The notes under the pieces are model-generated. The model was not told the origin of the DNA. It saw only the letters and a list, made by a program, of their open reading frames with translations, and did not search any database. The translations under genes and the position numbers were made by a program. Source: Planctomycetota bacterium (GTDB lineage: Bacteria > Planctomycetota > UBA1135 > UBA2386). Taken from it: 64,000 nt of DNA. Of the stretch, positions 22,081 through 32,270 are shown piece after piece. Each line of letters starts with the position of its first letter. The first letter of the stretch is position 1. The stretch covers positions 3,232,001 to 3,296,000 of the forward strand of contig OZ245006.1 of assembly GCA_965223545.1 (NCBI GenBank), given 5' to 3'.

Positions 22081-22239
22081 CAGCTTGAGCAGCGCCGCTT
22101 CGCCGGGCGCCGACTTCCTACCCTACGGATCGGCCGGGCGAGTGGCGCGATTGCAACGCAAACGATACAGAAGGCCGTGCCGGCCGGCCGCGGTGCAGGG
22201 ACGGTTGCGGCCAAGCCGGTCGGCCGGCAGGATCGCGGC

Positions 22240-22947
22240 ATGCGGGTTTTGATCGTGAAGACCGGCGAGACCGTGGCCCCTCTGCAAGGTACTCGTGGAG
22301 ACTTCGAGGACTGGTTCCGGCAGGGGCTGGGGCTCTCCGCCGAGGCGGCTCCGATGGTCCGACCACACCGCGGCGAGCCGCTGCCGACGCTCGACGAGGT
22401 CGAGGTCGCCGTGATCACGGGCTCACCGGCCATGGTCACCGACGCCGCGCCGTGGAGCATCGAGACCGAGAACTGGATCCGCCACTTGGCGGATGCCGGC
22501 AGGTGGATCCTGGGTGTGTGCTACGGGCACCAGCTGCTCGCCCGCGCGTTCGGCGGCGCGGTCACCGATCACGCCGAGGGGAGCGAAGTCGGCACGGTCG
22601 AAGTGCAGCTGACCGAGACCGCCAAGGGCGATCCACTGCTCGGCGGCCTGCCGTCCCCGTTGATCGTCCAGAGTAGCCACCGACAGGTCGTGAGCCGACT
22701 GCCCCGCGACGCGCGGCGGTTGGCTTTCAACGATCACGATGCCAACCAGGCATTCGCCATTGGCGAGCGCGCGTGGGGCGTGCAGTTCCACCCGGAGTTC
22801 GACGCCGACATCATCCGCGGCTACCTTGCGCACCGCGCGGACGCGCTCGGCGACGAGGGCATCGACGTGCGCGCGCGCGCCGCCGCGGCGCGCGACAGCG
22901 ACCACGGCGTGCGCATTCTGCGGCGGTTCGTCGAGCTGGCGCGCTGA
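22240..22947 (+). CDS. Class I glutamine amidotransferase (GMP-synthase-like, stand-alone)
   Basis: ITGS, LGVCYGHQLLA, GVQFHPE triad motifs. Confidence 0.9.
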   Translation: MRVLIVKTGETVAPLQGTRGDFEDWFRQGLGLSAEAAPMVRPHRGEPLPTLDEVEVAVITGSPAMVTDAAPWSIETENWIRHLADAGRWILGVCYGHQLLARAFGGAVTDHAEGSEVGTVEVQLTETAKGDPLLGGLPSPLIVQSSHRQVVSRLPRDARRLAFNDHDANQAFAIGERAWGVQFHPEFDADIIRGYLAHRADALGDEGIDVRARAAAARDSDHGVRILRRFVELAR

Positions 22948-23005
22948 GTGACGGGCCGCGGCGGCGGTCGATGGCGAAGCGAGAAAATCGAGTCTGACTC
23001 GGTAC

Positions 23006-23494
23006 TTATCGCAGGCAGCACTTTTTGAACTTGCGGCCGCTGCCGCAGGGACAGGGGTCGTTGCGGCCGGTCTTTTCCGCGCGGTGGACGACGGTCTTGC
23101 CGGGTCGACGCACGACACCGTCACGGTGGGCCGCGCCGGTGGACACCGCGTGGGCGAAGGCCGCCAGGGCGGACTCCATGCCGGCGCGCAGCTCGTAGAT
23201 CGCGGGTACGACGTGCTCTTCTGCCAGGTGCTCGAGGAACGCCGGCAGCACTTCTGGCACGGCGGCCGCCAGCGGATCGCGCACGCCGAAGCGCCGCGGC
23301 AAGTGCTCGGCCAGTGCGACGACCAAGTCGTCCCCGTCCAGCAGGCGCGGCGCCTTGCCGACGTCCTCGTAACAGGTCGCCGCAAAGTGTTGCACGATGC
23401 GACGCTGTTCGTCGGCAGAGCGACCGCGAATGCCGGTCGCATGGACGGAGTCCATGAACTTCGCGGCATCCAGCAGCACCCGGTTCTCGGCCAT
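23006..23494 (-). CDS. SEC-C metal-binding domain protein
   Basis: C-terminal [20 protein letters not shown]. Confidence 0.85.
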   Translation of the reverse strand: MAENRVLLDAAKFMDSVHATGIRGRSADEQRRIVQHFAATCYEDVGKAPRLLDGDDLVVALAEHLPRRFGVRDPLAAAVPEVLPAFLEHLAEEHVVPAIYELRAGMESALAAFAHAVSTGAAHRDGVVRRPGKTVVHRAEKTGRNDPCPCGSGRKFKKCCLR

Positions 23495-23605
23495 CCAGCC
23501 AATGCTACGGCACGGGGACCCGGCGGTCGCATGGTCGTGGCGCGCGTTTCTCCTCAACCCCGCGGGTCGCCGGCGTCGATGCGAGCTTCGAACGGGGTTA
23601 GGAGT

Positions 23606-24709
23606 ATGAGTCGCCTGGACAAGTCCGTCGCTTCGCAAGATCACGCCTCTTCGGAGGAGCTGGCTGCGCTCGTGCAGCAATGCGCCAAGCTCTGCGCTAG
23701 CGCCGAGACCAAGATCGGCGCGCTGCCCAGCGAGTCCGCGACCTTCTTGGCGCAGAACCTGAGCGCATCGATGCGCCAGGTCGAGCTGATCCTGCGGGTC
23801 ATCGACGACCAGGGAGCGCACCGCGATCAGGAGCGCAAGAGCTTCTTGCGCCGCCTGTTCGGACGCGACGCCGACAACGCGGGAGCGGCGGATGGCGCGG
23901 CCGACCCGGGCCTGCCGACGTTCGACGTCTCGTCGCAAGGGCTGCAGGGCAACGCCTGGACCATCTCCATCGCCGAGCTGCTCGGCTTCCTCGCCTTCGC
24001 CCACAAGTCCGGCATCCTGTGGGTCGACGGTCCGGGCGAGAACTTCTTGATCGGCATCGTCGAAGGTCGCCTGATGCACGCCAGCAGCGACAGCACCCCT
24101 GAAGGGCTGCGGCTCGGCGAGGTCCTGGTCGGGCTCGGGTTCTTGACGCGGCGGCAGCTCGAGCGCTTCCTCAACCGCGAGGAGATCGCCAACAACGACG
24201 CGGTGTGTGGCGAAGCGCTACTGGAGAGCGGCATGATCTCCGACGAAGAGCTGCGCGAGGCGCTGGTGCACCAAACGACCAGCCTGTTCTCGCGCATGAT
24301 CGGGCACCAGCACGCGGTGTTCCGCTTCCAAGAAGGCGTCAACGTGCAGCTCGCGTTCCAGGTCGACCTCGACATCAACCAGCTGTTGCTCGACTGCGCA
24401 CGCATCGGCGACGAAGAAGACAACCCCGCGGCCCTCGCCTCGTCCATTCTCAACGAATGGGAGTCCTGGCGTTCGGAGCTCAGCGAGAAGGCGCCGGCAC
24501 TGGCCGCCAGCGATACGCCTGCAGAAGAGGACGACGCTGCGGGCGACCATGCGAGCGCCGCCGACACCACGCTGGTCGACAGCCCGCTGGACCACGCGTC
24601 CGGCGACGACGACGACACCGACGACGACGCCCTCGAGAGTGCCCTCGCAACCGACGGCGACAGCGCCGCTGAGAACGAGCCCCCGACGACGAGCCCCAAC
24701 GCGGGCTGA
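23606..24709 (+). CDS. DUF4388 (PATAN-like) domain protein with an acidic tail
   Basis: AGGAG RBS; LQGN...ELLGFL...[15 protein letters not shown]...LLLD. Confidence 0.75.
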   Translation: MSRLDKSVASQDHASSEELAALVQQCAKLCASAETKIGALPSESATFLAQNLSASMRQVELILRVIDDQGAHRDQERKSFLRRLFGRDADNAGAADGAADPGLPTFDVSSQGLQGNAWTISIAELLGFLAFAHKSGILWVDGPGENFLIGIVEGRLMHASSDSTPEGLRLGEVLVGLGFLTRRQLERFLNREEIANNDAVCGEALLESGMISDEELREALVHQTTSLFSRMIGHQHAVFRFQEGVNVQLAFQVDLDINQLLLDCARIGDEEDNPAALASSILNEWESWRSELSEKAPALAASDTPAEEDDAAGDHASAADTTLVDSPLDHASGDDDDTDDDALESALATDGDSAAENEPPTTSPNAG

Positions 24710-24731
24710 TCAAGGGCCGCCCGGGGGCTGG

Positions 24732-26030
24732 CTACAGCTGTCGGTGCACGGCGCCGATCCGCGCCGCGGTGTCGCCGTCGACACCCGCTTGCTCGGCGAA
24801 GCGCGGCCACTCACGCACCGCGCCGCGCACGTGGTCCAGGAGCTCCTCTGCACCGGAACGCCGCAGCGACACCGACTTGCCGCAGGCGACGAAGTCCGCC
24901 ACGTCGAAGGCCTCGCGCTTGCCGGCGATCGACATCTGATGGCGGCCTGTCCACGCCCCGTCGGGGTTGTAGGCGTAAGTGACGTCGAACGCCGGCGACA
25001 GGCTCCATTGGCCGCGGCGATCCATGAGGAATGCGATGTTCTTGACGTGGTCGTCTTGATTGCGCGCCAGGACGTTGAACAGCATCCGGCGGAACTGCTC
25101 TTCGATGGCCGCCATCGGTAGACCCAAGCGGCGCATGACGAGCATCGCCTGCTCGTAGCTGTGCGCTCCCGCGGCGTTGAAGTCGTAGTGTGCGATCGCC
25201 GCCAACGACTGCATGTGGCGCTTGGTGCCAACCTCCGGGTCGCGGTCGAAACGCCGCGTGACGAAGTGGCTGCGTCCGTTCTCGTGCAGCAGACGACTCT
25301 CCGTCATCTCCACCCCGGCGGCGCGGGCCATCAGGTGGTAGGCGTACTCGATGCGTCCGTACCCCTGAGGATCAGCCAGCTCCCGGTCGCGGTTGCCACG
25401 CACGCCGTCGAACTTGAGCAGCCAGTGTGAGAACCCGGCCGCGGCATCGACCTGGCCGGAGCGAACCTCGCCGGTCTGTGGGTTCCAGGCGATCACCGCC
25501 TTGGCGCGGGCTCCCCCGGCCGACGTCCCAACGCGCAAGATGTCCTGCACGGCGCTGGGCTGCGGGCGGTCGCTCAGCAGCGCGACGAAGTGCTCTCGGT
25601 CGGTGAGCACCGCGTCGGCGAGCGCGACCAACGCCGCGACATCGAGGGGCTCGTCACTGCGGGGACGAGGGCCGAGCGCAGGCGAGAACTCGAGCGCCCC
25701 CATCCCGCGCTGACCGGTGTAGCAGAGTCGCTCGACGGGGTTGAAGGACTCCGGCGTGCGCCCGCGCGCCGCCAACCATGCATCGATCACCGCGTTGCCG
25801 AAGCGGTCCGGCAGCACGTCCGCCAGCATGCCGGGAAGCCCGGCGAAGGAGTCGCGGGGAAGCGCCGGAAACGAGTAGGGACGCCGCCCCAGCGGCATGG
25901 TGAGCGGCGCCACCTCGATCCCGCTCGCGGCGAACGCGGGGTCGTACTCGAAGAACCCCAAGGCGCGGCCGGCATCCCAGTGGACCGCGCCGATGCGCGA
26001 GCCCCACAACTCGACCCGCGCGGTGGTCAC
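24732..26030 (-). CDS. hipA: HipA-family toxin kinase
   Basis: N-terminal Couple_hipA-like region; GTSAGGARAKA, WLLKFDG, RRFDR, NQDDHVKN, LSPAFD. Confidence 0.92.
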   Translation of the reverse strand: MTTARVELWGSRIGAVHWDAGRALGFFEYDPAFAASGIEVAPLTMPLGRRPYSFPALPRDSFAGLPGMLADVLPDRFGNAVIDAWLAARGRTPESFNPVERLCYTGQRGMGALEFSPALGPRPRSDEPLDVAALVALADAVLTDREHFVALLSDRPQPSAVQDILRVGTSAGGARAKAVIAWNPQTGEVRSGQVDAAAGFSHWLLKFDGVRGNRDRELADPQGYGRIEYAYHLMARAAGVEMTESRLLHENGRSHFVTRRFDRDPEVGTKRHMQSLAAIAHYDFNAAGAHSYEQAMLVMRRLGLPMAAIEEQFRRMLFNVLARNQDDHVKNIAFLMDRRGQWSLSPAFDVTYAYNPDGAWTGRHQMSIAGKREAFDVADFVACGKSVSLRRSGAEELLDHVRGAVREWPRFAEQAGVDGDTAARIGAVHRQL

Positions 26031-26410
26031 TTCTCGTCGCCCCAGCGCCAGCTCGAGTCGCGCGGAGTCGACTTGCGCCGGCCCCCGGTCGCCCGCTGGC
26101 GTCGCCGCCCCTCGCGCTCGAGCATCTGGAGCGGACGCACCTCCGGCGCGGGCACGAGGGCGTCGAGGTTGGCGAGCAAGCCCAGGGCGCGCAGGATGCG
26201 GACCAAGTTGGTCAGCTGGGTCGACTCCCCGGCCTCCAGCCGGCGGACCGTCGATCGCGAGACCCCAGCCTCCTGTGCCAGCTCGGTCTGGGTCCAGTTG
26301 CGGTCGAGGCGAGATCGGGCGAGGCGGCGCCCCAGCTCGGCCAGGACCTCCCCATCTGCACCCTCAGCAACGCTCCGTATCCGAGTCACTGATGAGAGTA
26401 TCGGCGACAA
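26027..26410 (-). CDS. XRE-family HTH antitoxin (HipB-like)
   Basis: WTQTELAQEAGVSRSTVRRLEAG; overlaps the hipA start; start uncertain. Confidence 0.85.
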   Translation of the reverse strand: MSPILSSVTRIRSVAEGADGEVLAELGRRLARSRLDRNWTQTELAQEAGVSRSTVRRLEAGESTQLTNLVRILRALGLLANLDALVPAPEVRPLQMLEREGRRRQRATGGRRKSTPRDSSWRWGDEK

Positions 26411-26413
26411 CGA

Positions 26414-26493
26414 TCCAAAAGAGAATCAGTTTCTAGAATGATTCAGATCTGGATCATTTGCGCCGTATTCTCGATTTATGACTCTGTTTTGGA
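26414..26493. promoter_or_regulatory. AT-rich promoter/operator region of hipBA with nested inverted repeats
   Basis: ATGATTCAGATCTGGATCAT near-palindrome at 26438-26457; TCCAAAAGAGAATCA (26414-26428) vs TGACTCTGTTTTGGA (26479-26493), 13/15 inverted match. Confidence 0.55.
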
Positions 26494-26512
26494 CCACACA
26501 AGGAGATGGCGC

Positions 26513-26968
26513 TCAAGGCACGAAGACGAAGCTGATCGCGCCGTCCAAATCGACGCACGATGTACCCGGCACCCACGCCAAGCTCTGGACCGCGATGGTC
26601 CCGTAGCTGACGAGCAGCGCCGGGTTGTTCGGGATCGTGAAGGAAAGACTGTTGACGCCCTGCGGCAGCGAGACCCACAGCAGCTCGACCGACGTATCAC
26701 CGTAGAGCCGACACCCCGCCGCACACGCCAACGGCTGCGGCAAGGCAGTGGTGAACCCGGCGTGAAACGTGAGCCGGACCCACGAGAACGCCGTCGGCCC
26801 GTGACTGGGCACACCCAGCGTGGTCATCGTGCCCAGCTTGGTCGACGTGGCGGTCGGATACGCCGCGCCGGGGCAACCCGTGTTGTTGATCGGTGCCGTT
26901 TGCGACTGAGACGCCAGCGGCGCCACCAACAGACCGAGGCAGAGAAGGAAGGGGGCAGCTCGGAACAT
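26513..26968 (-). CDS. Small secreted protein made of a signal peptide plus the shared C-terminal-type domain only
   Basis: MFRAAPFLLCLGLLVAPLAS-Q; TGCPG...GCRLY...FTIPNNPALL...AVQSL...GAISFVFVP. Confidence 0.7.
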   Translation of the reverse strand: MFRAAPFLLCLGLLVAPLASQSQTAPINNTGCPGAAYPTATSTKLGTMTTLGVPSHGPTAFSWVRLTFHAGFTTALPQPLACAAGCRLYGDTSVELLWVSLPQGVNSLSFTIPNNPALLVSYGTIAVQSLAWVPGTSCVDLDGAISFVFVP

Positions 26969-27067
26969 TCGCCCACTATACCGCCCTGGGAAAAGCACCA
27001 CGTCCGCCGAGCCCACGCAAAGCAGGAGACCGACTACCCTCGAGTCTCCACATCCAAGGAGACCATC

Positions 27068-27574
27068 ATGAATGCCCGAACTTCCATCATGTGCGCGCTC
27101 GCTCTCTCCAGCGTGTTGCTCTCGGCGACGCAGTCGTCCGACCATGCGAACCGGTACGCCCCGGCACCGACGACCATCACGCAGAACGAGCCGATGGTGA
27201 TCTACAGCGTGACCGGCGGCACGCTCACCGGCGGAGTCCACCGGCAGCTCACGGTCTACAACAACGGCTTCGCCACGATCGCCAAGCTCGACACCCCGGT
27301 GTTTCCAACGCCGGGCACCTTCAAGGACGTCGAGACCACTTCGGTCGGCGCGACCGCGGCGCTCCAGCTTCTCATCGACCTGGTCAACGCCGGCGCCGCC
27401 ACCTTGCCGGAGCAGCAGTTCATTCTACCGGACGTCCCCTTGACCACCCTGACCGTCCTCGAAGGCCGCGAGATCGGGTTGTCGCGCACCATCAGCTTCA
27501 GCGGCGGGCCGCCGTACTCGGCGATGCAGCAGGTCATCGACCGCTTCGTCAACGCGACGTTCCCGGGATTCTGA
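27068..27574 (+). CDS. Secreted hypothetical protein
   Basis: AAGGAG RBS, signal peptide, coding-like codon usage. Confidence 0.75.
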   Translation: MNARTSIMCALALSSVLLSATQSSDHANRYAPAPTTITQNEPMVIYSVTGGTLTGGVHRQLTVYNNGFATIAKLDTPVFPTPGTFKDVETTSVGATAALQLLIDLVNAGAATLPEQQFILPDVPLTTLTVLEGREIGLSRTISFSGGPPYSAMQQVIDRFVNATFPGF

Positions 27575-28703
27575 GCGCGCCGGCGGGCACGACCAAGACC
27601 GCCGCACCATCGTCGAGCGGTGCCTCGACACGCACCTCGCCCTCGCGCTTCTCGATGAGCAGCCCGCCACCGAACGGGCTCTCGAGCCCGAGATCGCCGC
27701 CCCCGGCGGCCAAGTGCGCCAGCTGCCGCAGCACCCGCAGCTTGGCCACGACCCGCCGCGGCTCGCACATCTGAGCGGTTGCCGGGCTGTAGAACACCCG
27801 CGTCATCGGATTGATCGACGCGGACAGCTCCGCTCTCACCTCACCGGTGACCCGCTCGAGCTCTTGCCAGCCAGCGCGCGCGGCCTCGCGCACACGCAAC
27901 ATCGCGCGCTGGTTCTCATCGGCGGCGTGCGGTCCGAGCACAGAAAACGCGACCTTGCCCCACCAGCTCGACGCCATTCCCGCGAACGGAGGAGCCCCGA
28001 CCCCGGCAAACCCACCGACGCACGCCTCGACCTCGTACGGCAGAGCCAGGTCCGGCATCTCCTCGTCGAGCACGGCGAGCTCCCGCGCCAATCGTCTCAG
28101 CATGGCTACGGGCCAACGCGTCAGCCGCGCTTCATCGCCAACGACATCCAGCACGTTGCGGATCGCAACGGCACCCGCCATCTGCTCGACCAACGTCCCC
28201 GCCGCCATCAAGTCGCGGCCGAACAACGCGCAATCGAGCAGCAGCCCCACTCCGGCACCGCGCTGCTCGAACACCGGATCGCCGACGACCCGTTGCACCG
28301 CGTGGTCGACCAACTCGATGGCGGCCAGCACGTCGATGCAGACCAGCGACGCGCCCGCGTGCAATGGTCGCTCGAACCGGGCCACACCACAGGCCGCCCC
28401 GGCACGGAGCGCGGCCAACGCCGGGCCATCCCCACCTTCGTCGCCGATCTGCTCGAGCGCGCGCCGGTAGTACTGCCACGCGTTGCCCTCGGTCGGCTGC
28501 CCCCGCAACGGCGGGCGCACGCCGCTGGCCGACGCCAGCCGCGCGGCGATCTCTCGGGCCCGGTCCACGACCCGCGTGCGCACACTGCTCAGACTGAGCA
28601 ACGACAGCGCACAGAACAAGACCAGCAGCGCAACGATGACGCCGATCACGGTCCCGGCTCGGCTCCTGCGACTCGTGCCGCGGCCTGCATCGTGTTCACT
28701 CAT
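27549..28703 (-). CDS. Hypothetical membrane-anchored helical protein
   Basis: N-terminal TM; GNAWQYYRRA...GTLVEQMAG...SPFGG; 26-nt convergent overlap with the previous gene. Confidence 0.65.
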   Translation of the reverse strand: MSEHDAGRGTSRRSRAGTVIGVIVALLVLFCALSLLSLSSVRTRVVDRAREIAARLASASGVRPPLRGQPTEGNAWQYYRRALEQIGDEGGDGPALAALRAGAACGVARFERPLHAGASLVCIDVLAAIELVDHAVQRVVGDPVFEQRGAGVGLLLDCALFGRDLMAAGTLVEQMAGAVAIRNVLDVVGDEARLTRWPVAMLRRLARELAVLDEEMPDLALPYEVEACVGGFAGVGAPPFAGMASSWWGKVAFSVLGPHAADENQRAMLRVREAARAGWQELERVTGEVRAELSASINPMTRVFYSPATAQMCEPRRVVAKLRVLRQLAHLAAGGGDLGLESPFGGGLLIEKREGEVRVEAPLDDGAAVLVVPAGALRIPGTSR

Positions 28704-28832
28704 GGGTCCTCGGTCGATGAGCCCGCGGGAGCGCCCCGCCTTGAGCGCGCCCTTGGACCAACCGGCCCCCGACTTCTTCCCCACAAACGGTGAACCATTG
28801 CACGCACCGAGCGTTGCGCGTTCTTTTTGGCC

Positions 28833-30968
28833 ATGCCAACACACCCCTTCGCAGCGTGTCGGCGCGGCCTCGTGGCCGCGGCCTCCGGGACGCTCGTCGC
28901 GACCGCAGCACCTGGACAAACTCCGGATCGCGAACGGATCGTCATCACGGCGACGCGCACCGCCACCGACCCGTTCGACCTCGCGTACGCCGTGGACAGC
29001 ATCGCCGCGCAGGACATCCTGCGCCGCGCCTACAGAACCACTCCGCAAGTGCTGCGCGACACTCCCGGCGTCATGGTGCAGGAGACCGCGCACGGCCACG
29101 GGTCACCGTACATTCGCGGTTTCACGAGCTTTCGCACCCTGATGATGGTGGACGGCGTCCGCCTGAATCACTCGGCGTTCCGACCGGGACCGAACCAATA
29201 CTGGAACACCGTGGACCCGCTTTCGCTCGAACGGGTGGAGGTCGTGAAAGGACCGAGCTCGGTGCTGTACGGCTCGGACGCCATCGGCGGCACGGTCAGC
29301 GTGTGGACCGCCGGGCCGACGTTCGCGCCGCCGGCAACCGAGGGACTGTTCACCGCCGGAAGGCTGTGGACGCGCTACGCATCGGCGGAAGACTCGGTGC
29401 AGGGCCGCGGCGAGATCAGTGTTGCGCACGACTGGCACGACGGGGCTCGCACCGGGCTGTTGGTCGGCGGTTCGGCGAAGGCCTTCGGCGATCTCGAAGG
29501 GGGGCGGGGGAACGGCACGCAGCCCGAGACGGGCTACGACGAGACCGACCTCGACATCAAGCTCGAGCACTGGTTCGACGAAGACGCGCGCCTTGTGGTC
29601 TACCACCAGCGAGTGGCGCAGAACGACGTCCCGCGCACGCACCGCACGATCCACGCGATCCCGTGGCGCGGCTTGAGTCAGGGCTCGGATCTGCGGCGCA
29701 ACTTCGATCAACGGCGCGAGCTGTCCTACGTTCAGTACCACCACGACGGGGGCGGCGGCGCGATCGACACGCTGCGCGCCAATCTGTCTTGGCACCGCCA
29801 CCGAGAGGTTCGCGATCGGATCCGAGGCAACGGCAACCAGGAATTCCAGGGCTTCGAAGTCGGCACGCTCGGCGCGTGGCTGCAGATGGAAGCCACCAAC
29901 GCTACCGGGCATTGGACCGTCGGCGTCGAGTACTACCGCGACCACGTCGACTCGTTCTTCCGCCGCGCCGGCACGCCGCAGCCGGGAGACGAGATCCAGG
30001 GCCCCGTGGCGGACGACGCGACGTACGACCTCCTTGGGGTCTACATCCAGGACCGCATCGAGGCCGGCGACCGGGTCGAACTGATCCTCGGTGGTCGCTT
30101 CAACTTCGCCGCGGCCAATGCGGACAGCGTGCGCGCCCCGACGACGAGCACGCGGATCTCCATCGACGATGACTGGAGCGCGTTCGTCGGCAGCGCACGC
30201 GCGCTCTGGCGCGCGCTGCCCGAGCACGTCAACGTCTACGCCGGTGTCAGCCAGGGCTTCCGCGCTCCCAACCTCTCCGACCTGACGCGATTCGACAGCG
30301 CGCGCAGCAACGAGTTCGAGATCCCGGCACTCGGTCTCCAACCCGAGGACTACCTGACCTACGAGGTCGGCACCAAGGTCGAGACCGAAGCCATCGCGCT
30401 GGAGACCGCCTACTTCTACACCGACATCGAGGACCAGATCCTGCGCTTCCCGACCGGCAACACGAGCACCGCAGGCGAAGTCGAGGTCACCAAGGGCAAC
30501 GTCGGCGACGGCCACGTCTACGGCATCGAACTCGGGTTTGCCTGCGAGGTCGCACCGGCGACGACGTTGTTCGGCAATGCGACCTACATGGAGGGTCGCA
30601 TCACCAACTTCGAGAACAGCAGCTCGACGCTCGCCGAGACCTATCTGACGCGGCTGATGCCGTTCACCGCGCAGCTCGGGTTGCGGTGGGAAGACGAGCG
30701 CGGCCGCTTTTGGGCCGAGGGCGTCGTAGTGCGCGCCGAAGACGCCGACCGGCTGTCGTTCAACGACGAGGGCGACACCAGCCGCATCCCGCCCGGCGGC
30801 ACGCCGAGCTACACGGTGGCCCACCTGCGCAGCGGCTGGAACGTGTCGGACCGCAGTCGCCTGCACGTCCTGCTCGAGAACATCACCGACGTCGACTACC
30901 GCATCCACGGCTCGGGGCTCAACCGCCCGGGCCGCAACCTGGTCCTGTCGTTCGAGACGAGCTTCTGA
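28833..30968 (+). CDS. TonB-dependent receptor
   Basis: TonB-box-like IVITATR; plug PYIRGF...VDGVRLN, LERVEVVKGPSSVLYGSDAIGG; QGFRAPNL; ENITD...PGRN; C-terminal Phe. Confidence 0.93.
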   Translation: MPTHPFAACRRGLVAAASGTLVATAAPGQTPDRERIVITATRTATDPFDLAYAVDSIAAQDILRRAYRTTPQVLRDTPGVMVQETAHGHGSPYIRGFTSFRTLMMVDGVRLNHSAFRPGPNQYWNTVDPLSLERVEVVKGPSSVLYGSDAIGGTVSVWTAGPTFAPPATEGLFTAGRLWTRYASAEDSVQGRGEISVAHDWHDGARTGLLVGGSAKAFGDLEGGRGNGTQPETGYDETDLDIKLEHWFDEDARLVVYHQRVAQNDVPRTHRTIHAIPWRGLSQGSDLRRNFDQRRELSYVQYHHDGGGGAIDTLRANLSWHRHREVRDRIRGNGNQEFQGFEVGTLGAWLQMEATNATGHWTVGVEYYRDHVDSFFRRAGTPQPGDEIQGPVADDATYDLLGVYIQDRIEAGDRVELILGGRFNFAAANADSVRAPTTSTRISIDDDWSAFVGSARALWRALPEHVNVYAGVSQGFRAPNLSDLTRFDSARSNEFEIPALGLQPEDYLTYEVGTKVETEAIALETAYFYTDIEDQILRFPTGNTSTAGEVEVTKGNVGDGHVYGIELGFACEVAPATTLFGNATYMEGRITNFENSSSTLAETYLTRLMPFTAQLGLRWEDERGRFWAEGVVVRAEDADRLSFNDEGDTSRIPPGGTPSYTVAHLRSGWNVSDRSRLHVLLENITDVDYRIHGSGLNRPGRNLVLSFETSF

Positions 30969-31019
30969 CGTCCCCTGCGTTGGGGCGGAATTCCACCACA
31001 CGGCGCCGCCCTGACCGCC

Positions 31020-32270
31020 ATGATCGTCCCGACCATGCGTTCTATCGGAACTGCCGCGGCGCTGGCGGCAATCGCTCTCGCCGCCCCTGCACCGATCGCG
31101 GCGCAAGCACCGATCATCGTCGACGCCGCCGGTGGACCCGGCGCGCAGTTCACCCAGCTCCAGCCCGCGATCGACGCCGCCGGCCCGGGCGCCGTGCTCT
31201 TGATCCGCGCCGGCACGTATCGCGCGTTCACCCTTGCCAAGGGGCTGGCGCTGGTCGGCGAGGACGGCGCGATCGTCACCGGCCCAAGCGCGGTCCGGGA
31301 CGTGCCGGCGGGCCAGCACGTGCGCATCCGCAATTTGTTCTTGGAGACGTTGGTCATCGAGCGGTGCCCGGGCCTGGTCGCGGCGGAGATCCTCAACCTG
31401 ACGCCGCCGAGCACGCCATTCGGGCCGAGTGACGTGACGGTGATCGACATCGTCGACTCCGCCGACGTGCGCATGCGGCAGCTCGGCATCAACCCCGGGC
31501 GCAACAGTGGCCGTGACGGCGTGCGGGTGCGCAACTCCCGATTCTCCGTCGACGGCGGCGCCATCGACGGCGCTGCCGGCAGCGCGACCGGGATCGCGAG
31601 AACCGGCGGTGTCGGCTTGCGCTGCTTTGCCGGAGCCGACGTCACCGTCGCCTTCAGCCGGGTGCGCGGCGGCGCAGGCGATGTCGGCTTCCAGGGCGGC
31701 GTCGCGCTGCACGTCGGGGCGGGGGCGCGCGCCGCGGTCACCGGCAGCGAAGAGAACGAGCTGATCGGGGCGGCCGGCTCGATCTTCGGCTGCAGCCAAC
31801 CCAACGCCGCGGTCCACGTCGACGCGGGCGGCAGTCTGCGGCTATCACACCGCGTTCGGGTGAGCGGCGGAACCTCGCTCTGCGCGCCGCAAGCCCCGGC
31901 GTTCACCGGACCGGGAGTCGTCTCGCTCGCCAATCCGGTCGACCTCAGCCTGGTGGTGCGCGGGGGCATCGTGGCAGTCGGCGTGCCTTCGCAGCTGCTG
32001 GTCTTGGGCGAGGTCGGCGAGAGCGTCGCGATCCTGGCGGGGCTCACGCCGCAGGTCCTACCCCTGCCGAGCTTTCGCGGCAGCCCGCTGCTACTGACAC
32101 CGGTGATCGCGGCTCCGCTCGGCGCGGTCCAGGCTTCGGGTGACCTGATCGTTCCGGCTGGAACACCGGGCGGTGCGCTCGGTGCGATGGTCCTCTTGCA
32201 GGCGGTATCGCTCCGCGCCGCGGGCACGCTCCACCTGTCGAACTCGACCGTCTTGATCTCCGGCGCATGA
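31020..32270 (+). CDS. Secreted beta-helix (pectin-lyase-like) protein with the shared C-terminal domain
   Basis: Signal peptide ending IAA-Q; VDAAGGPGAQFTQLQPAIDAAGPG..LLIRAGTY; C-terminus LLQAV...LSNSTVLISGA. Confidence 0.7.
   Translation: MIVPTMRSIGTAAALAAIALAAPAPIAAQAPIIVDAAGGPGAQFTQLQPAIDAAGPGAVLLIRAGTYRAFTLAKGLALVGEDGAIVTGPSAVRDVPAGQHVRIRNLFLETLVIERCPGLVAAEILNLTPPSTPFGPSDVTVIDIVDSADVRMRQLGINPGRNSGRDGVRVRNSRFSVDGGAIDGAAGSATGIARTGGVGLRCFAGADVTVAFSRVRGGAGDVGFQGGVALHVGAGARAAVTGSEENELIGAAGSIFGCSQPNAAVHVDAGGSLRLSHRVRVSGGTSLCAPQAPAFTGPGVVSLANPVDLSLVVRGGIVAVGVPSQLLVLGEVGESVAILAGLTPQVLPLPSFRGSPLLLTPVIAAPLGAVQASGDLIVPAGTPGGALGAMVLLQAVSLRAAGTLHLSNSTVLISGA

Noticed and set aside
28704..28832. Riboswitch or Fur box ahead of the TonB-dependent receptor
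   Set aside because: The spacer is short and has no recognisable cobalamin, TPP or Fur consensus.
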